Source of the DNA: an uncultured bacterium
Lineage (GTDB): Bacteria; Oederibacteriota; PGYV01; CAWJRG01
Direction of reading: 5' to 3'
DNA length: 64,000 nucleotides
NCBI GenBank assembly: GCA_963845185.1
Contig: CAWJRG010000009.1
Location: forward strand, 128,001-192,000
Of the stretch, positions 42,784-53,573 are shown piece by piece. The first letter of the stretch is position 1, and each line of letters opens with the position of its first letter. The position numbers and the translations under genes are program-made. Below the pieces are notes generated by a model. It did no database searches and had not been told where the DNA came from. It was given only the letters and a program-made list of their open reading frames with translations.

Positions 42784-44828
42784 ATGGGGCTAAAAATGAG
42801 GTTTTTAGGAACGTTTTTTTTCGTAATAATTGTTTTTGCCCCTTTTTCGATTTTAAGCCAGGATTTTGGAACAACCACAGGGGAGTTTTTAAAAATAAAT
42901 CCCGATGCCGAAGCAGAAGCAATGGGTGAAGCATATATAGCCCAAGCAGACGGCACAGCAGCTCTCATATATAACCCATCTGGACTTTCACTTCTTGATA
43001 AAGCCGAATTATCCCTAACTGAGTTATTATGGTTTAACAGTCTCTATATAGAACACGCCGCAGTTGCATATCCTTTTAGCCCGGGATTTGCGATAGGCGG
43101 CAGTGTTTTATGGATGGATACCGGAAAATTTGATTCGACCGGATATGCGCAGAACGCAATAAGCATTCAGGACGGGTTTTTTAATTTTGGAATTGGATGC
43201 AGCCTGCTTGATTCACTTCATATCGGCGCGGATGCAAAATTAATTTATGAAAATTACTTTGGCAACGCATCCTTTGGCACATCTTTTGACCTGGCGGGGA
43301 TTGTTAATTTTATAGGGAATAATTTTTCGGGCGGGATCGTAATTAAAAACCTCGGGTTTCTATCAGGTACCACCGATATGCTGCCTTTTGAAGCAGGAGT
43401 AGGACTTAATTATTCGGTTTTTGACGGAACGACAAGGACTTTTTCCATAAATTTGGACGCAGACAAAATACTGAATACTGACAACATTTACGTTGCATTA
43501 GGAGCGGAAACACTTGTTTTTAATGTGCTGGCCCTGAGGCTGGGCGTAAAATACAACAACGCGCTTAATATTGATTTTAATAATATTTCATTTTCGAATA
43601 TTGAAAGCCTAATGATACTTTCAGGCGGATTCGGCATAAACATTGGAAACGCATTTGCCATCGATTATGCTTTTACTCCCATGGGAGAGCTCGGGGCCGT
43701 ACAGCGGGTTACTTTAAAATTCAAATTTGGAGAGTCAATGCGCGAAAAGGCAATGTACGCTAAAGCAAAAGAGGCTGTTGTCGCTCCTAAAAATATGGAA
43801 ATACCGAAGGTTGAAACCTCGCAGGGAAAGATAAAGGAAGTTTCTTTTAAACCGCAGGTACCACAGGAAAATGTAAAGGAATGGAAACTGGAAATTAAGA
43901 CTTCCGACGGCAAGATAGTAAAAACATTCAGCGGAGTTGGCGAGGTGCCGAAAAATATAGCATGGGACGGGACAGACAGCTACGGCAAAATAGCCGCAGC
44001 CGGCGTGGGGTATGTGTACGATTTCAAGGCGAAGAGTACCGAGGGCAAAATTACGGAAAATACTGGCAAGATAACGTCGGCAAATAAATTCAGTTTCATG
44101 GAAGATGAAGTCCGGTATATTCCGGAAAGGAACAAGGAAATACTGGTTGTGCCTTTGACGCTTTTAATTTCGTCCGACAAAGAGGAAAGGAAAAAAGTGC
44201 CTTTTGTCATGGTCAATAAAGAAATAAAAAAGGTAACAGGATGGGAATTCACAATAAAGGACAAGAATGGCGAAATTGTCAGGTCATACAAAGGCAACGG
44301 GGACGTACCTTCTTACCTTGTATGGGACGGTAAAAATATGCAGGGCGAGACGGTACCGGATTCCAAATCCTGTGCGTATACACTTAGCATAAAAGGCGAA
44401 AAAGGGAAGGAAGCCCAAGTAACGAGCCCTGAAATAATGAGGGATCCGTTTACAGCTGCAACCAATACAAAGGTGGTAAAGCTCGCGAAGAAGATATACT
44501 TTGAATTGGATTCCGCTGCAATAGCTCCAGAAATGTATGACAGGCTTTCTCAGATTGCCGCTGAAATCAAGAGTTACGGCGCAACTTCCATATATATCCA
44601 GGGCATTCGAGCAAAGAGGGAGATGAAGCCCATAACCTGGCACTTTCTTACGAAAGGGCAAAAGCTGTTTTGAAATACCTGGTGGAGGTATTAAAAGTCG
44701 AGTCGGAATCAATAAACGCGGTCGGTTACGGTACGGAAATACCTGCGGCAAGCAATGAGACAGAAGAAGGCAAGGCAAAGAACCGAAGGGTTGAAATCGT
44801 CATAATAGCGGAAAAAAACTTCAAATGA
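42784..44828 (+). CDS. PorV/PorQ-family barrel fused to two FlgD-Ig-like modules and an OmpA-like peptidoglycan-binding domain; 1-nt frameshift near 44601-44603
   Basis: FLKINPDAEAEAMGEAYIAQADGTAALIYNPSGL; IDYAFTPMGELG; two W...I.WDG modules. Adding one base gives GHSSKEGDEAHNLALSYERAKAVLKYL...GYGTEIP...NRRVEI, ending at TGA 44826-44828 (ATGA overlap with the next gene). Confidence 0.85.
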
Positions 44829-45877
44829 TTAAAGGTATATTTTTTACAGCGCTCATAACTGGATTTTTGTTTTTGCCGGTTGCCGCTGAGGAAACCCCGG
44901 AGCACATCTATAATATGGCAACGGACGCCATGACAAAAGGCGAAGACGCCGTCGCCATACAGCTTTTTTACAAGGTAACTGAAGAATACCCGAATTTTAA
45001 AAAATACAGGGCCGACGCGCTGTACATGCTAGGGCAGCTCCTTTTTAAGACCGAGCGTTATGACGAAGCGGAAAAAACTTTCAGCACGCTTATTTCCAAA
45101 TATAAAAAGTACCAAAAAATAGACAAGGCTTATGAGTACCTCATTTATATTTATACCGAGGAATTCAACGATAATGAAAAGGCAAAGAAAATAAGGGACC
45201 TGTACGCAAAGGAGTTTGGGACGGACCGCACGCTAACCAATATTGACAGGACCATGGATTTGCTCGACAAGGAGAGGAATTACGATATGCTCAAACTTGA
45301 CGCTTCAAACATGGAGATAAGCAGGTTTGAGGAAGCGACGGATTTCCAGACAGAAATTTTCCCCATCCTTTGCTATAAAAAAGATAAAGCCATGTCGAAC
45401 GACAAATCGATGTCGGTAGAAAGGAAGAAGACGCGGGGCGGCTATTATTTATTTTTAAACTACCCGCGGGGAAAAAATGGAAAAAAAGTACCTGACAGCA
45501 AAAATGGGTACATGCCGCAATGGGCGTGGGACGGCAAGTATGTAATTTTTACTTCCATGAACTGGGATACAATGTTGAGAAGAATAATGCTTTATGACCT
45601 TGAGAAGAACAAGACAAAAGTGATTTTTAGGGCTAAAAAAATAGATCCTCTTTTGTGCTTTTCACCGGATTCATCGAAAATAATTTTTATATTTGAAGGC
45701 AAACTGTGGATAACAAACAGGGATGGAGGCAATATATCAAAGTTAAACAACAAAATTACAGTAAAGGATGCTTTTGTAATGGCATGGGCTAAAGAGGGGG
45801 ATAAGTTATTGCTTAAAGAGGATTTACAAGGCAGCAAATACAAGATTTGTTACCTGACAAAAAGAGAGCTTAAATGA
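44825..45877 (+). CDS. Exported TPR plus TolB/PD40-like beta-propeller protein
   Basis: Signal peptide; ADALYMLGQLLF TPRs; PQWAWDGKYVIFTS, CFSPDSSKIIF, AWAKEGDKLL. Confidence 0.75.
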   Translation: MIKGIFFTALITGFLFLPVAAEETPEHIYNMATDAMTKGEDAVAIQLFYKVTEEYPNFKKYRADALYMLGQLLFKTERYDEAEKTFSTLISKYKKYQKIDKAYEYLIYIYTEEFNDNEKAKKIRDLYAKEFGTDRTLTNIDRTMDLLDKERNYDMLKLDASNMEISRFEEATDFQTEIFPILCYKKDKAMSNDKSMSVERKKTRGGYYLFLNYPRGKNGKKVPDSKNGYMPQWAWDGKYVIFTSMNWDTMLRRIMLYDLEKNKTKVIFRAKKIDPLLCFSPDSSKIIFIFEGKLWITNRDGGNISKLNNKITVKDAFVMAWAKEGDKLLLKEDLQGSKYKICYLTKRELK

Positions 45878-45958
45878 TAAAGTAGGTCTATTCAGTGCTC
45901 GAACTGGAATAGGTTTAAATAATAGAAATATTTTGCCGTACATAGAAGGAGGATTTTG

Positions 45959-47833
45959 ATGAAAAAAGTTTCACTAACTTTACTGACTTTAATACTTACA
46001 GCATTATTTGTTGTGCCTGCAGGTATTTTAGCGGATTCCATCGAGGAAAAGAAAAAAGCCTCGGAACTTGACCAGCAGAATGTTATAGCGCGTTATAACC
46101 TGGGCTTTGCATATTATCAGAACGGGCAGGCTGATAACGCAATTGACGTCTTAAAACAAACGCTTGATTTAAACAAAGCTGATAAAGCAGCACACGCGAA
46201 GGTTGATTCAGCGGCAACGCAGATGCTGGGGATACTTTATTTTAACGAAAAACAAAACGATGACGAGGCAATCAACTGGTTTAAAAAAGCGATTGAATTG
46301 ACACCTGGAAGCGGGGACAATTATTATTTTATGGGCCTGGCCATGGCTCGAAAACAAAATTATGAAGAAGCCCTCGCGGCTTTTGATACATCCCTGAAAA
46401 AAGGCACGGAAAACGCTGCTGACGCCAACTTCCGGATAGGCCAGATATGTTACAAAAGGGGGGACGCTGATAAAGCTGAGGCTTACCTTAAAAAAGCGAT
46501 TGAATCAAACCCCAAGAACCAGGAAGCACTTGAACTTCTCGGGATTATTTACCACAAAAAAGGCGACGCTGAAAAGGCAAAAAATATTTTTGAAAAAGTA
46601 GTCAAATTAAACAGCACAGATTTTAACTCGTATTACATACTGGGGCTCAGTTATTATCAGTTGAAGGAATACGATAAAATGATTGGGGCTTATAAAGAAG
46701 CCATAAAGATAAATCCGAATTTTCCGGACGCCCATTATAACCTTGGAATGGCGTATTTTTTCAGGAATATGTACGAGGATGCTATATCTGAGCTTGAAAA
46801 GGCAAAGGAATTGAACCCTTCCGACGCGGCTACCTTTGCCCTTTTGGGGCAGTCGAAGGATGCGGCTTATGATTATCACATGAAAAATGGCGCGACTTTT
46901 ATAACGTCCGAGGAATTCGGCAAGGCAAAGCAGGAACTCGAGCTTGCGCTGAAAGCAAGGGCCGACGACCAGCAGGCTGAGAACCTTCTTTCCTCATTAA
47001 AAGAAATGATAACCAAAGACGTACAGACCAGGAATCCCAAGGCGAAAAAATATTTTAGTGAAAAAAAATACACAGAAGCACTTTATGAATGGCAAGCTGT
47101 ACTGGCTGAAGACCCGGAAAATTCCGAGGCAAAAGACGGAGTGCAAAACATGCCTTCCGGGCTGAAAGATATGGCAAAGGCCAAAGAAAAGAAAGCAAAC
47201 GAGGACATGGCGACAGGAGACCTCGCCGGAGCGCTGAAGGAATATAAAGATGCGGCTTCAAACGCAAAAGATAAAGATAATGTAAAGCACAAGATTTCCA
47301 CAATCCAGACGCAAATAAACAAAAAGATAAAGAACCTGCTTTCAAAAGCGGATAAATCGTATGCTTCGGGCGGGTACAAAGCCGCCCTTGATGACTATAA
47401 CGAAATTTTAAAATATGATGAAAACAATGAAAAAGCACTTGACGGCCTCACCAGGGTTAACGCAAAGATAGAAGATGCCAAGGCCAAATACCTGGATACG
47501 GCAAAAAGAATCAAGTCACAGGATAAGTCAAGAGCGATAAGCCTGCTGAAAAAAGTCCTTGCGCTGGATCCTACAAACGCCGAGGCAAACAAATATATCG
47601 AGGAATTAACAGGCTCGAAATCGGAAATCGCGGCAAATGCGCAGCAGATTAAAAAGCTTTACTATGAAGGCGTGGATAAATACGTAAACGGAGACATAGA
47701 GGATGCAATTAAAATATGGAAAAAAGTTTTAAGCCTGGACCCAAGCTACACCGAAGCCAAGAAAAATATAGGCAGAGCCCAGGAAAAACTCGCGGCCATA
47801 AAGAATTTGACAAATGGAGGGGCTGGACAATGA
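45959..47833 (+). CDS. Exported TPR protein
   Basis: Signal peptide and canonical TPRs (PNFPDAHYNLGMAYF, AIKIWKKVLSLDP). Confidence 0.88.
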   Translation: MKKVSLTLLTLILTALFVVPAGILADSIEEKKKASELDQQNVIARYNLGFAYYQNGQADNAIDVLKQTLDLNKADKAAHAKVDSAATQMLGILYFNEKQNDDEAINWFKKAIELTPGSGDNYYFMGLAMARKQNYEEALAAFDTSLKKGTENAADANFRIGQICYKRGDADKAEAYLKKAIESNPKNQEALELLGIIYHKKGDAEKAKNIFEKVVKLNSTDFNSYYILGLSYYQLKEYDKMIGAYKEAIKINPNFPDAHYNLGMAYFFRNMYEDAISELEKAKELNPSDAATFALLGQSKDAAYDYHMKNGATFITSEEFGKAKQELELALKARADDQQAENLLSSLKEMITKDVQTRNPKAKKYFSEKKYTEALYEWQAVLAEDPENSEAKDGVQNMPSGLKDMAKAKEKKANEDMATGDLAGALKEYKDAASNAKDKDNVKHKISTIQTQINKKIKNLLSKADKSYASGGYKAALDDYNEILKYDENNEKALDGLTRVNAKIEDAKAKYLDTAKRIKSQDKSRAISLLKKVLALDPTNAEANKYIEELTGSKSEIAANAQQIKKLYYEGVDKYVNGDIEDAIKIWKKVLSLDPSYTEAKKNIGRAQEKLAAIKNLTNGGAGQ

Positions 47834-48846
47834 AAATAACAATTTACGAAGTTGCAAGAAGGGCAGGAGTATCAATATCAACAGCGTCCAAAGCTTTAAA
47901 CGATAAAAAGGATGTAGGCGAAGCAACAAAACAAAAAGTCAGGGAGATAGCCAGGGAATTAAATTATGAACCGTCTCATTTTGCCCGCGCACTGGCCAGG
48001 AGGAAAACGGACAACATCGGGGTAATAACAGTCCGGTATTACAAAGAGCCCATGATTACAAATCCTTTTTACGCTAAAATACTCGAAGGTATTGAAGAAG
48101 AACTGATAAACAGCAACTTGAATCTTCTTACCAATATTTTGAGGAAAGAACAGATGGATTTGCTTGATATACCGAAAATGGTAAAAGAAAAGAGCGTGGA
48201 TGGGATTATCCTTCTTGGCCATATGCCCGAGCCTTTTGTGAGGATGGTGTCTGATAAAGGCCTGCCCGTGGTTATGATAGACAATTATTTTGAAGACGCG
48301 AATATTTCATCCATTATCGCTGACAACGTAGGCGGTGCTTTTTACGCGGTGGAATACCTCGCTAGGACCGGACATAAGAAGATAGCTTACCTGTCAGGAC
48401 CGGCAGCGAGATACAGTTTTAAGCAAAGGGAACAGGGGTTTAGGCAGGCGATGCAAAAATATAACCTGCCTGTTGACGAGAGGTTTGTTATCTTCAACGA
48501 GGGAGAGAACATGTCATACGAATGGATGAAAAAAATACTGGACTACGACGTGAAACCGGATGCGGTATTCACGTGCAACGACATTACCGCGTTAATGGTG
48601 ATAAATATGCTTAAAGACGCGGGGTTAAAGGTTCCCGAGGATATGAGCGTCATGGGTTTTGATAATATAGATATAGCAGGGCACTTTATACCTTCCATTT
48701 CTACGGTTGATGTAAAAAAAGAAGAAATGGGAATAAATGCTGTTAAAAAGCTGCTTAATATAATAAATCAAAATGATACCACAGTGGAAAATATGACATT
48801 TCCGACAAGCATAGTCATAAGGGATTCCACAAAAAAACAAGCATAG
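47830..48846 (+). CDS. LacI-family transcriptional regulator
   Basis: TIYEVARRAGVSISTASKAL HTH, LNYEP...ARAL hinge, GHKKIAY, VPEDMSVMGFDN. ATGA overlap at 47830. Confidence 0.95.
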   Translation: MKITIYEVARRAGVSISTASKALNDKKDVGEATKQKVREIARELNYEPSHFARALARRKTDNIGVITVRYYKEPMITNPFYAKILEGIEEELINSNLNLLTNILRKEQMDLLDIPKMVKEKSVDGIILLGHMPEPFVRMVSDKGLPVVMIDNYFEDANISSIIADNVGGAFYAVEYLARTGHKKIAYLSGPAARYSFKQREQGFRQAMQKYNLPVDERFVIFNEGENMSYEWMKKILDYDVKPDAVFTCNDITALMVINMLKDAGLKVPEDMSVMGFDNIDIAGHFIPSISTVDVKKEEMGINAVKKLLNIINQNDTTVENMTFPTSIVIRDSTKKQA

Positions 48847-48918
48847 CAGCAAGCTTTATATTACGGAAATTTTTAGTTTTTAGTATTAAATTATTTTTTT
48901 AAAACTTCCGGGTTAAAA

Positions 48919-50163
48919 ATGAAGGAAAATATAAAAAAATATATAACCTACAGTCTGTTTTTATATGCTTTTGTTTCGACAATATCAATAACCCTTGCCG
49001 AAATATTTTTTATTGCAGGGCTGCTGCTGTGGCTGGCTGACGCAATAATAAATAAAAAAGACATAAAAAAAGATTTCCCTGTTTTTATAAGCCTGCCGAT
49101 TCTGTTTTTCATTCTCATACACTTTTTAGCTGCAGTTACAGGGCTTGATCCAATAAGCAGCCTGAAAGATTTCAGAAAAGTATACATTTTTTTAATTCTT
49201 TTTCTTGCCGGAAACTATTTAAAAAACGAGAAAGACATTAAAAAAGCATTCGATTTTTTTGTCGCGGGCGCGGCAATCGTGGGGATATATGCGGTAATTA
49301 CCACAATAAAATTCAGGTACATTGGTCACAACCCGGATTTCAGGGCATCGTCTTTTTCCGGCAACCACATGCATGCAGGCGGCATGCTGATGATGGGATT
49401 AATTGTTAATGCGGCTCTTTTGGCAGGTTTGTTAAAAGACAAAATGAAAAATTTAAAATTGGGCGCGCTATACACTGCTGCATTTGTACTAATTGCGGCA
49501 GGGCTGGCATGCACGGCTACAAGAGGCTCGTGGTTTGCCGCTTTTGCAGGGATATTGATAGTAGCGTTTTTAGCAGACAAAAGGGTGTTTACCGGCGTTA
49601 TTATTTTTGCTTTGTTTGGGCTTTTTCTGATAAGGGACACATCCTATGGAAAACGCATTACTGATACTTTTAAGGTTTATTACGGCACATCCGCAATTGA
49701 AAGGGTTTATATGTGGAAAAGCGGTCTGCAGATAATAAAGGATTACCCTTTACACGGGGTTGGCACGTCTAATTTAGGAAAGGTTTACCCGAAATACAAG
49801 AATAAGGATGCTTTTGAGGCAAACGAAGGCCATTTGCACAACAACCTTATACAGATTGCGGTTATCGACGGAATACCAGGGCTTGGAATATTTTTATGGC
49901 TTTTTACAGCTTTATGGGTTTTTGCAACCGGGTTGATCCGGAAAGCGGCAAAAAGCAGATTGAGATATTTTGCTTTTGCTGTTTTTGCTATAAGCATAGC
50001 GTTTTTTATTAACGGATTTTTTGAGTATAACTTTTTTTCATCACAGGTAGCCACGATATTCTGGTTCATTACGGGCGCAGGCCTGGCAATAAACAACCTT
50101 TTTGCCTCAGGCTGGAAAGAAGAAACTGAGCAGGCCGGGGAAATAACGGCAGCAAAAGAATGA
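48919..50163 (+). CDS. O-antigen ligase (WaaL/Wzy_C) family protein
   Basis: TATRGSW, ERVYMWKSGLQIIKDYPLHGVG, HLHNNLIQI..GIPG; multiple TMs. Confidence 0.88.
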   Translation: MKENIKKYITYSLFLYAFVSTISITLAEIFFIAGLLLWLADAIINKKDIKKDFPVFISLPILFFILIHFLAAVTGLDPISSLKDFRKVYIFLILFLAGNYLKNEKDIKKAFDFFVAGAAIVGIYAVITTIKFRYIGHNPDFRASSFSGNHMHAGGMLMMGLIVNAALLAGLLKDKMKNLKLGALYTAAFVLIAAGLACTATRGSWFAAFAGILIVAFLADKRVFTGVIIFALFGLFLIRDTSYGKRITDTFKVYYGTSAIERVYMWKSGLQIIKDYPLHGVGTSNLGKVYPKYKNKDAFEANEGHLHNNLIQIAVIDGIPGLGIFLWLFTALWVFATGLIRKAAKSRLRYFAFAVFAISIAFFINGFFEYNFFSSQVATIFWFITGAGLAINNLFASGWKEETEQAGEITAAKE

Positions 50164-51215
50164 AAATTGAAATTGATAAATTACACCGCGCTTTGATAAT
50201 CAGGCCGCGGGCCATAGGCGATATATTGCTTACGACGCCTTTCATAAGAGCTTTAAAAAAACGTATCCCCGGCATAAAAATAGACTATTTATGCGAGCCG
50301 ATGGGGTTGCCGATACTTGAAAACAACCCTTATCTGTCAGATGTCATTGTATATGAAAAAAATAAGTTGAAAAAAATGGCTCCTTCTGTCAAAATGATGG
50401 AAACTGCAAGATTTTACAATGGTTTAAGGGCAAGAAAATACGATATTGTTTTCGACCTTTTCGGGAATTTGAGGACCGCCTTAATGAGTTTTTTGACAGG
50501 CGCCAGATACAGAGCCGGATTCACCTTCAGGGGAAGGAAAATCTTTTATAATATTAGGGTAAAACCCGACCGTGCACCAAAGTATAATGTTTATTATCAT
50601 ATGGACCTTCTAAAGGCCATAAACGTGCAGGATGACGGCGAAAAAATGGATTTTTATTTTGGAAATGAAGAAAAAGCATATATCAGCAATTTCTTTAAAA
50701 GCAAGCGCATAAGCGACAAAGACCTGATTGTAGGCATAAATCCGGCGGGTTCATGGCCGACAAAAAGGTGGCCGGAACAAAAATTTTCAACCCTTGCAGA
50801 CAGGATTATTGAGGATTTAAAAGGCGTAAAAATAATAGTGCTGTGGGGTCCAAACGAGGAGGCCATGGCAGAGCTCGTCGTTTCAGGCATAAAAAACGAC
50901 AAGTCAGATGTATATATCGCGCCGGAGACAAGCATAAAGCAGCTTGGCGCGCTGATTGAAAAAATAAAAGTACTTGTAACAAACGACGGCGCTCCAAAAC
51001 ACATAGCAGACGCGCTTGGCACGCCGACAGTAGCCATTTTCGGGCCGACCAATTACAAGTCTTGGAACCCGGCGAACAGCGAGATACATACGGCAGTCAC
51101 AGGCGGGGAGGCCTGCGCGCCGTGCGACAAGACAGAGTGCAGCAATATCAGGTGCATGGAGTCTGTTACGACCGCGGAAGTATTCGGGCATGTGAAGCGG
51201 ATGCTGAAATTATAA
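50160..51215 (+). CDS. GT9 family LPS heptosyltransferase-like protein
   Basis: AIGDILLTTP, KRWPEQKF, VTNDGAPKHIADALGTPTVAIFGPT. Confidence 0.9.
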   Translation: MKIEIDKLHRALIIRPRAIGDILLTTPFIRALKKRIPGIKIDYLCEPMGLPILENNPYLSDVIVYEKNKLKKMAPSVKMMETARFYNGLRARKYDIVFDLFGNLRTALMSFLTGARYRAGFTFRGRKIFYNIRVKPDRAPKYNVYYHMDLLKAINVQDDGEKMDFYFGNEEKAYISNFFKSKRISDKDLIVGINPAGSWPTKRWPEQKFSTLADRIIEDLKGVKIIVLWGPNEEAMAELVVSGIKNDKSDVYIAPETSIKQLGALIEKIKVLVTNDGAPKHIADALGTPTVAIFGPTNYKSWNPANSEIHTAVTGGEACAPCDKTECSNIRCMESVTTAEVFGHVKRMLKL

Positions 51216-51267
51216 ATTTTGGGATCACAACCGGTAATCTAAAATAAAAGACAGGAGGTTTTGCGCC

Positions 51268-51927
51268 ATGGTGGAAGTTGATATAGACAAAATACTTGAA
51301 AACAGCGAGAAAAAAGAAGTCAAGGAAAAGGCAAAATCAAAAACTAAATTTTTCATTATACTGGGAGCCGCAGTTTTAATAGCGGCGGGGATAATTTCGC
51401 TTGTGACAATAACAATTATCGGAGAATCAAGCGCGGCATACATGCCATTTGTCAACGGGGCAAAATACACTTATAACAGGTCGGGCAAAAGCCCTGAGGA
51501 ATGGAACACGATGGAAAAAACAAAGAATATAGACGGTTACGTTTGCCAGGGCATAAACAAGGTCGACAAGGGCACAAACCTTTCATACCAGGATTACTAC
51601 TGTGTGGGCAAGTCCGGCATAGTGCGGATAGCTTATTCCGAGAATTTCGGGCAGATAAAAGAATCGCCTTTCGGGATTCTCCCTGGCAGGATCAAGGCAG
51701 GCAAGGAATTCGAGGCCGGTAATATCAAGGACAAGATAGTTTACGCTAAGATACTGGCAAAGGAGAAAGTATCAACGCCTGTGGGCGTCATAGAAGCGTT
51801 GAAAGTGGAATACAGCGCAGAACCTTATTATCATAAAACAGTCTGGTACGGCAAAGGGATTGGCGTAATAAAAGAAGTGAATGACCTGACCAACGAGGAG
51901 AGGTCAATTATCAACGTGGTGAATTAA
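51268..51927 (+). CDS. Hypothetical membrane-anchored protein (DUF3108-like beta fold possible)
   Basis: SD AGGAGG, single [10 protein letters not shown]...[11 protein letters not shown] motif. Confidence 0.65.
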   Translation: MVEVDIDKILENSEKKEVKEKAKSKTKFFIILGAAVLIAAGIISLVTITIIGESSAAYMPFVNGAKYTYNRSGKSPEEWNTMEKTKNIDGYVCQGINKVDKGTNLSYQDYYCVGKSGIVRIAYSENFGQIKESPFGILPGRIKAGKEFEAGNIKDKIVYAKILAKEKVSTPVGVIEALKVEYSAEPYYHKTVWYGKGIGVIKEVNDLTNEERSIINVVN

Positions 51928-53564
51928 TGCAGATTAAAAAACAGATTTTCGGAAAGGATTTCATGTTTTACCTTGCGGGGATATGCATATTCCTTACGGT
52001 TGTTTCTTTTTCAATAGTCATCGTAAATATAAAAAGAACCGCGGCAGACAACAACAGCCGTATGGAAGTATATGCGGACGAATACATGAAACTGGCGGCC
52101 GTTTACAATAAGATGACAAATTTCAACGAGACGCTTAAATATGTGGCGTGGCTTAAGCAGGAATACCCAAAGAAGTTTTACTACAAAAATTACGCGGGCA
52201 TAAACGATATAATCGCGCTGGCTTCCAAGCTAAGCGATGAGAATGCCAAAAAGACCATAATGGATTTTACGGCCCCTTACAGGAAATTCGACGTGAACAC
52301 AATACCCCTTAAAGATTTAAGGGAAAAAATAAAAAGCAACATTGCGGTAATAAAAACAGTTGACGGCACTGCAAGCAAAACAGGGGAAGAAATTAGGGCC
52401 CTTGCCGGCCGGGGCGGCAGCGCGGGCATGGTTATGTATCTTTTTTTCCTGGAACTTATAATTGTGCTGGCGCTCAGTATTTGGTCGGTTTTTCATTATT
52501 TGCAGGCAAGCGGGCTGATGAAGAAATTTTTCGAGAGAGATTTTGACATAAGCGGCCTTGACGACGAGTTTTTAAGCGTATTCGACATCGGGGAGGACAA
52601 AAGCAGGTTCTTCAGCAACGTGAAGAAGCTGCGGAACAATTTTTTTGTCATCGGCAACGAGTTTAAGACAATGCAGGAAATGTTCAGGACAATAATAACG
52701 TCGTTTAACGAGGTTTCCAGCACGGCAGATGCGATTTCAAACGCGACGCAGGACCTTTCAAAAAAAGTAACAGGCTACAGCGAGAGCGTAAAAAACACCA
52801 AACAGATTACCGAGAAAATAGCGGATGACATAGAGCAAATCAGGGTTGACACGAACGCAGGCGCGGAAAACAGCAAAAAAATGGATTTGACGGCCAAGGA
52901 AGGCGAGGATTCCATAAACAGCATAATAAACGAGATTAACAATATATACAAAGTGGCCAACGAGCTTGAGCAGGTTGTCCTGCACCTGGGAGGCAAGACC
53001 GTGGAAATAGGAAAGGTTACGACGCTCATAAAAGAAATAGCCGAGCAGACTAACCTTCTCGCGCTTAACGCTTCCATAGAGGCGGCCAGGGCAGGAGAGG
53101 CAGGCAGGGGTTTTGCTGTAGTTGCCGAGGAAATAAGGAAACTCGCCGAATCCACAGCGGGCGCGTCGAAAAAGATAACCGAGGAAATAAAACAGATAAA
53201 CAAGGACATGGATTTTACGGTGAACCAGATAAAAGTCACGACAGACAGCATAAACAAAGGCGTGAACATGGCAAACGAGGCAGGAGTAGCATTTTCAAGA
53301 ATCAAGGAAGTCATAATGGAGACAATGAAAATAACAGGCAGCATATACACCCTCACCGGCGGCGAGGTCGAAAAAATACAAAACATGATCAAGATTATAA
53401 GCGAAGTCGAGGATATCATCGAGGATATGGCTGCAAATATAGAGGAAATATCGGCTTCGATAGAGCAGGAAACCGCAAGCATAGAGAATTTAAAAGCTGT
53501 CACGGACGAGCTTTTCCAGAAATCCGAGAAAATCAAAGCGGTTTTTGATAATCTGAAGATATAG
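51927..53564 (+). CDS. Methyl-accepting chemotaxis protein
   Basis: Two TMs; [38 protein letters not shown] signalling hairpin. Confidence 0.95.
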   Translation: MQIKKQIFGKDFMFYLAGICIFLTVVSFSIVIVNIKRTAADNNSRMEVYADEYMKLAAVYNKMTNFNETLKYVAWLKQEYPKKFYYKNYAGINDIIALASKLSDENAKKTIMDFTAPYRKFDVNTIPLKDLREKIKSNIAVIKTVDGTASKTGEEIRALAGRGGSAGMVMYLFFLELIIVLALSIWSVFHYLQASGLMKKFFERDFDISGLDDEFLSVFDIGEDKSRFFSNVKKLRNNFFVIGNEFKTMQEMFRTIITSFNEVSSTADAISNATQDLSKKVTGYSESVKNTKQITEKIADDIEQIRVDTNAGAENSKKMDLTAKEGEDSINSIINEINNIYKVANELEQVVLHLGGKTVEIGKVTTLIKEIAEQTNLLALNASIEAARAGEAGRGFAVVAEEIRKLAESTAGASKKITEEIKQINKDMDFTVNQIKVTTDSINKGVNMANEAGVAFSRIKEVIMETMKITGSIYTLTGGEVEKIQNMIKIISEVEDIIEDMAANIEEISASIEQETASIENLKAVTDELFQKSEKIKAVFDNLKI

Positions 53565-53573
53565 CGCAAAAAA

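Noticed and set aside
45883..45916. Hairpin containing CTCGAACTGGA, resembling part of hairpin A
   Set aside because: The match is too short to call a fifth copy; it may be an ordinary intergenic stem.
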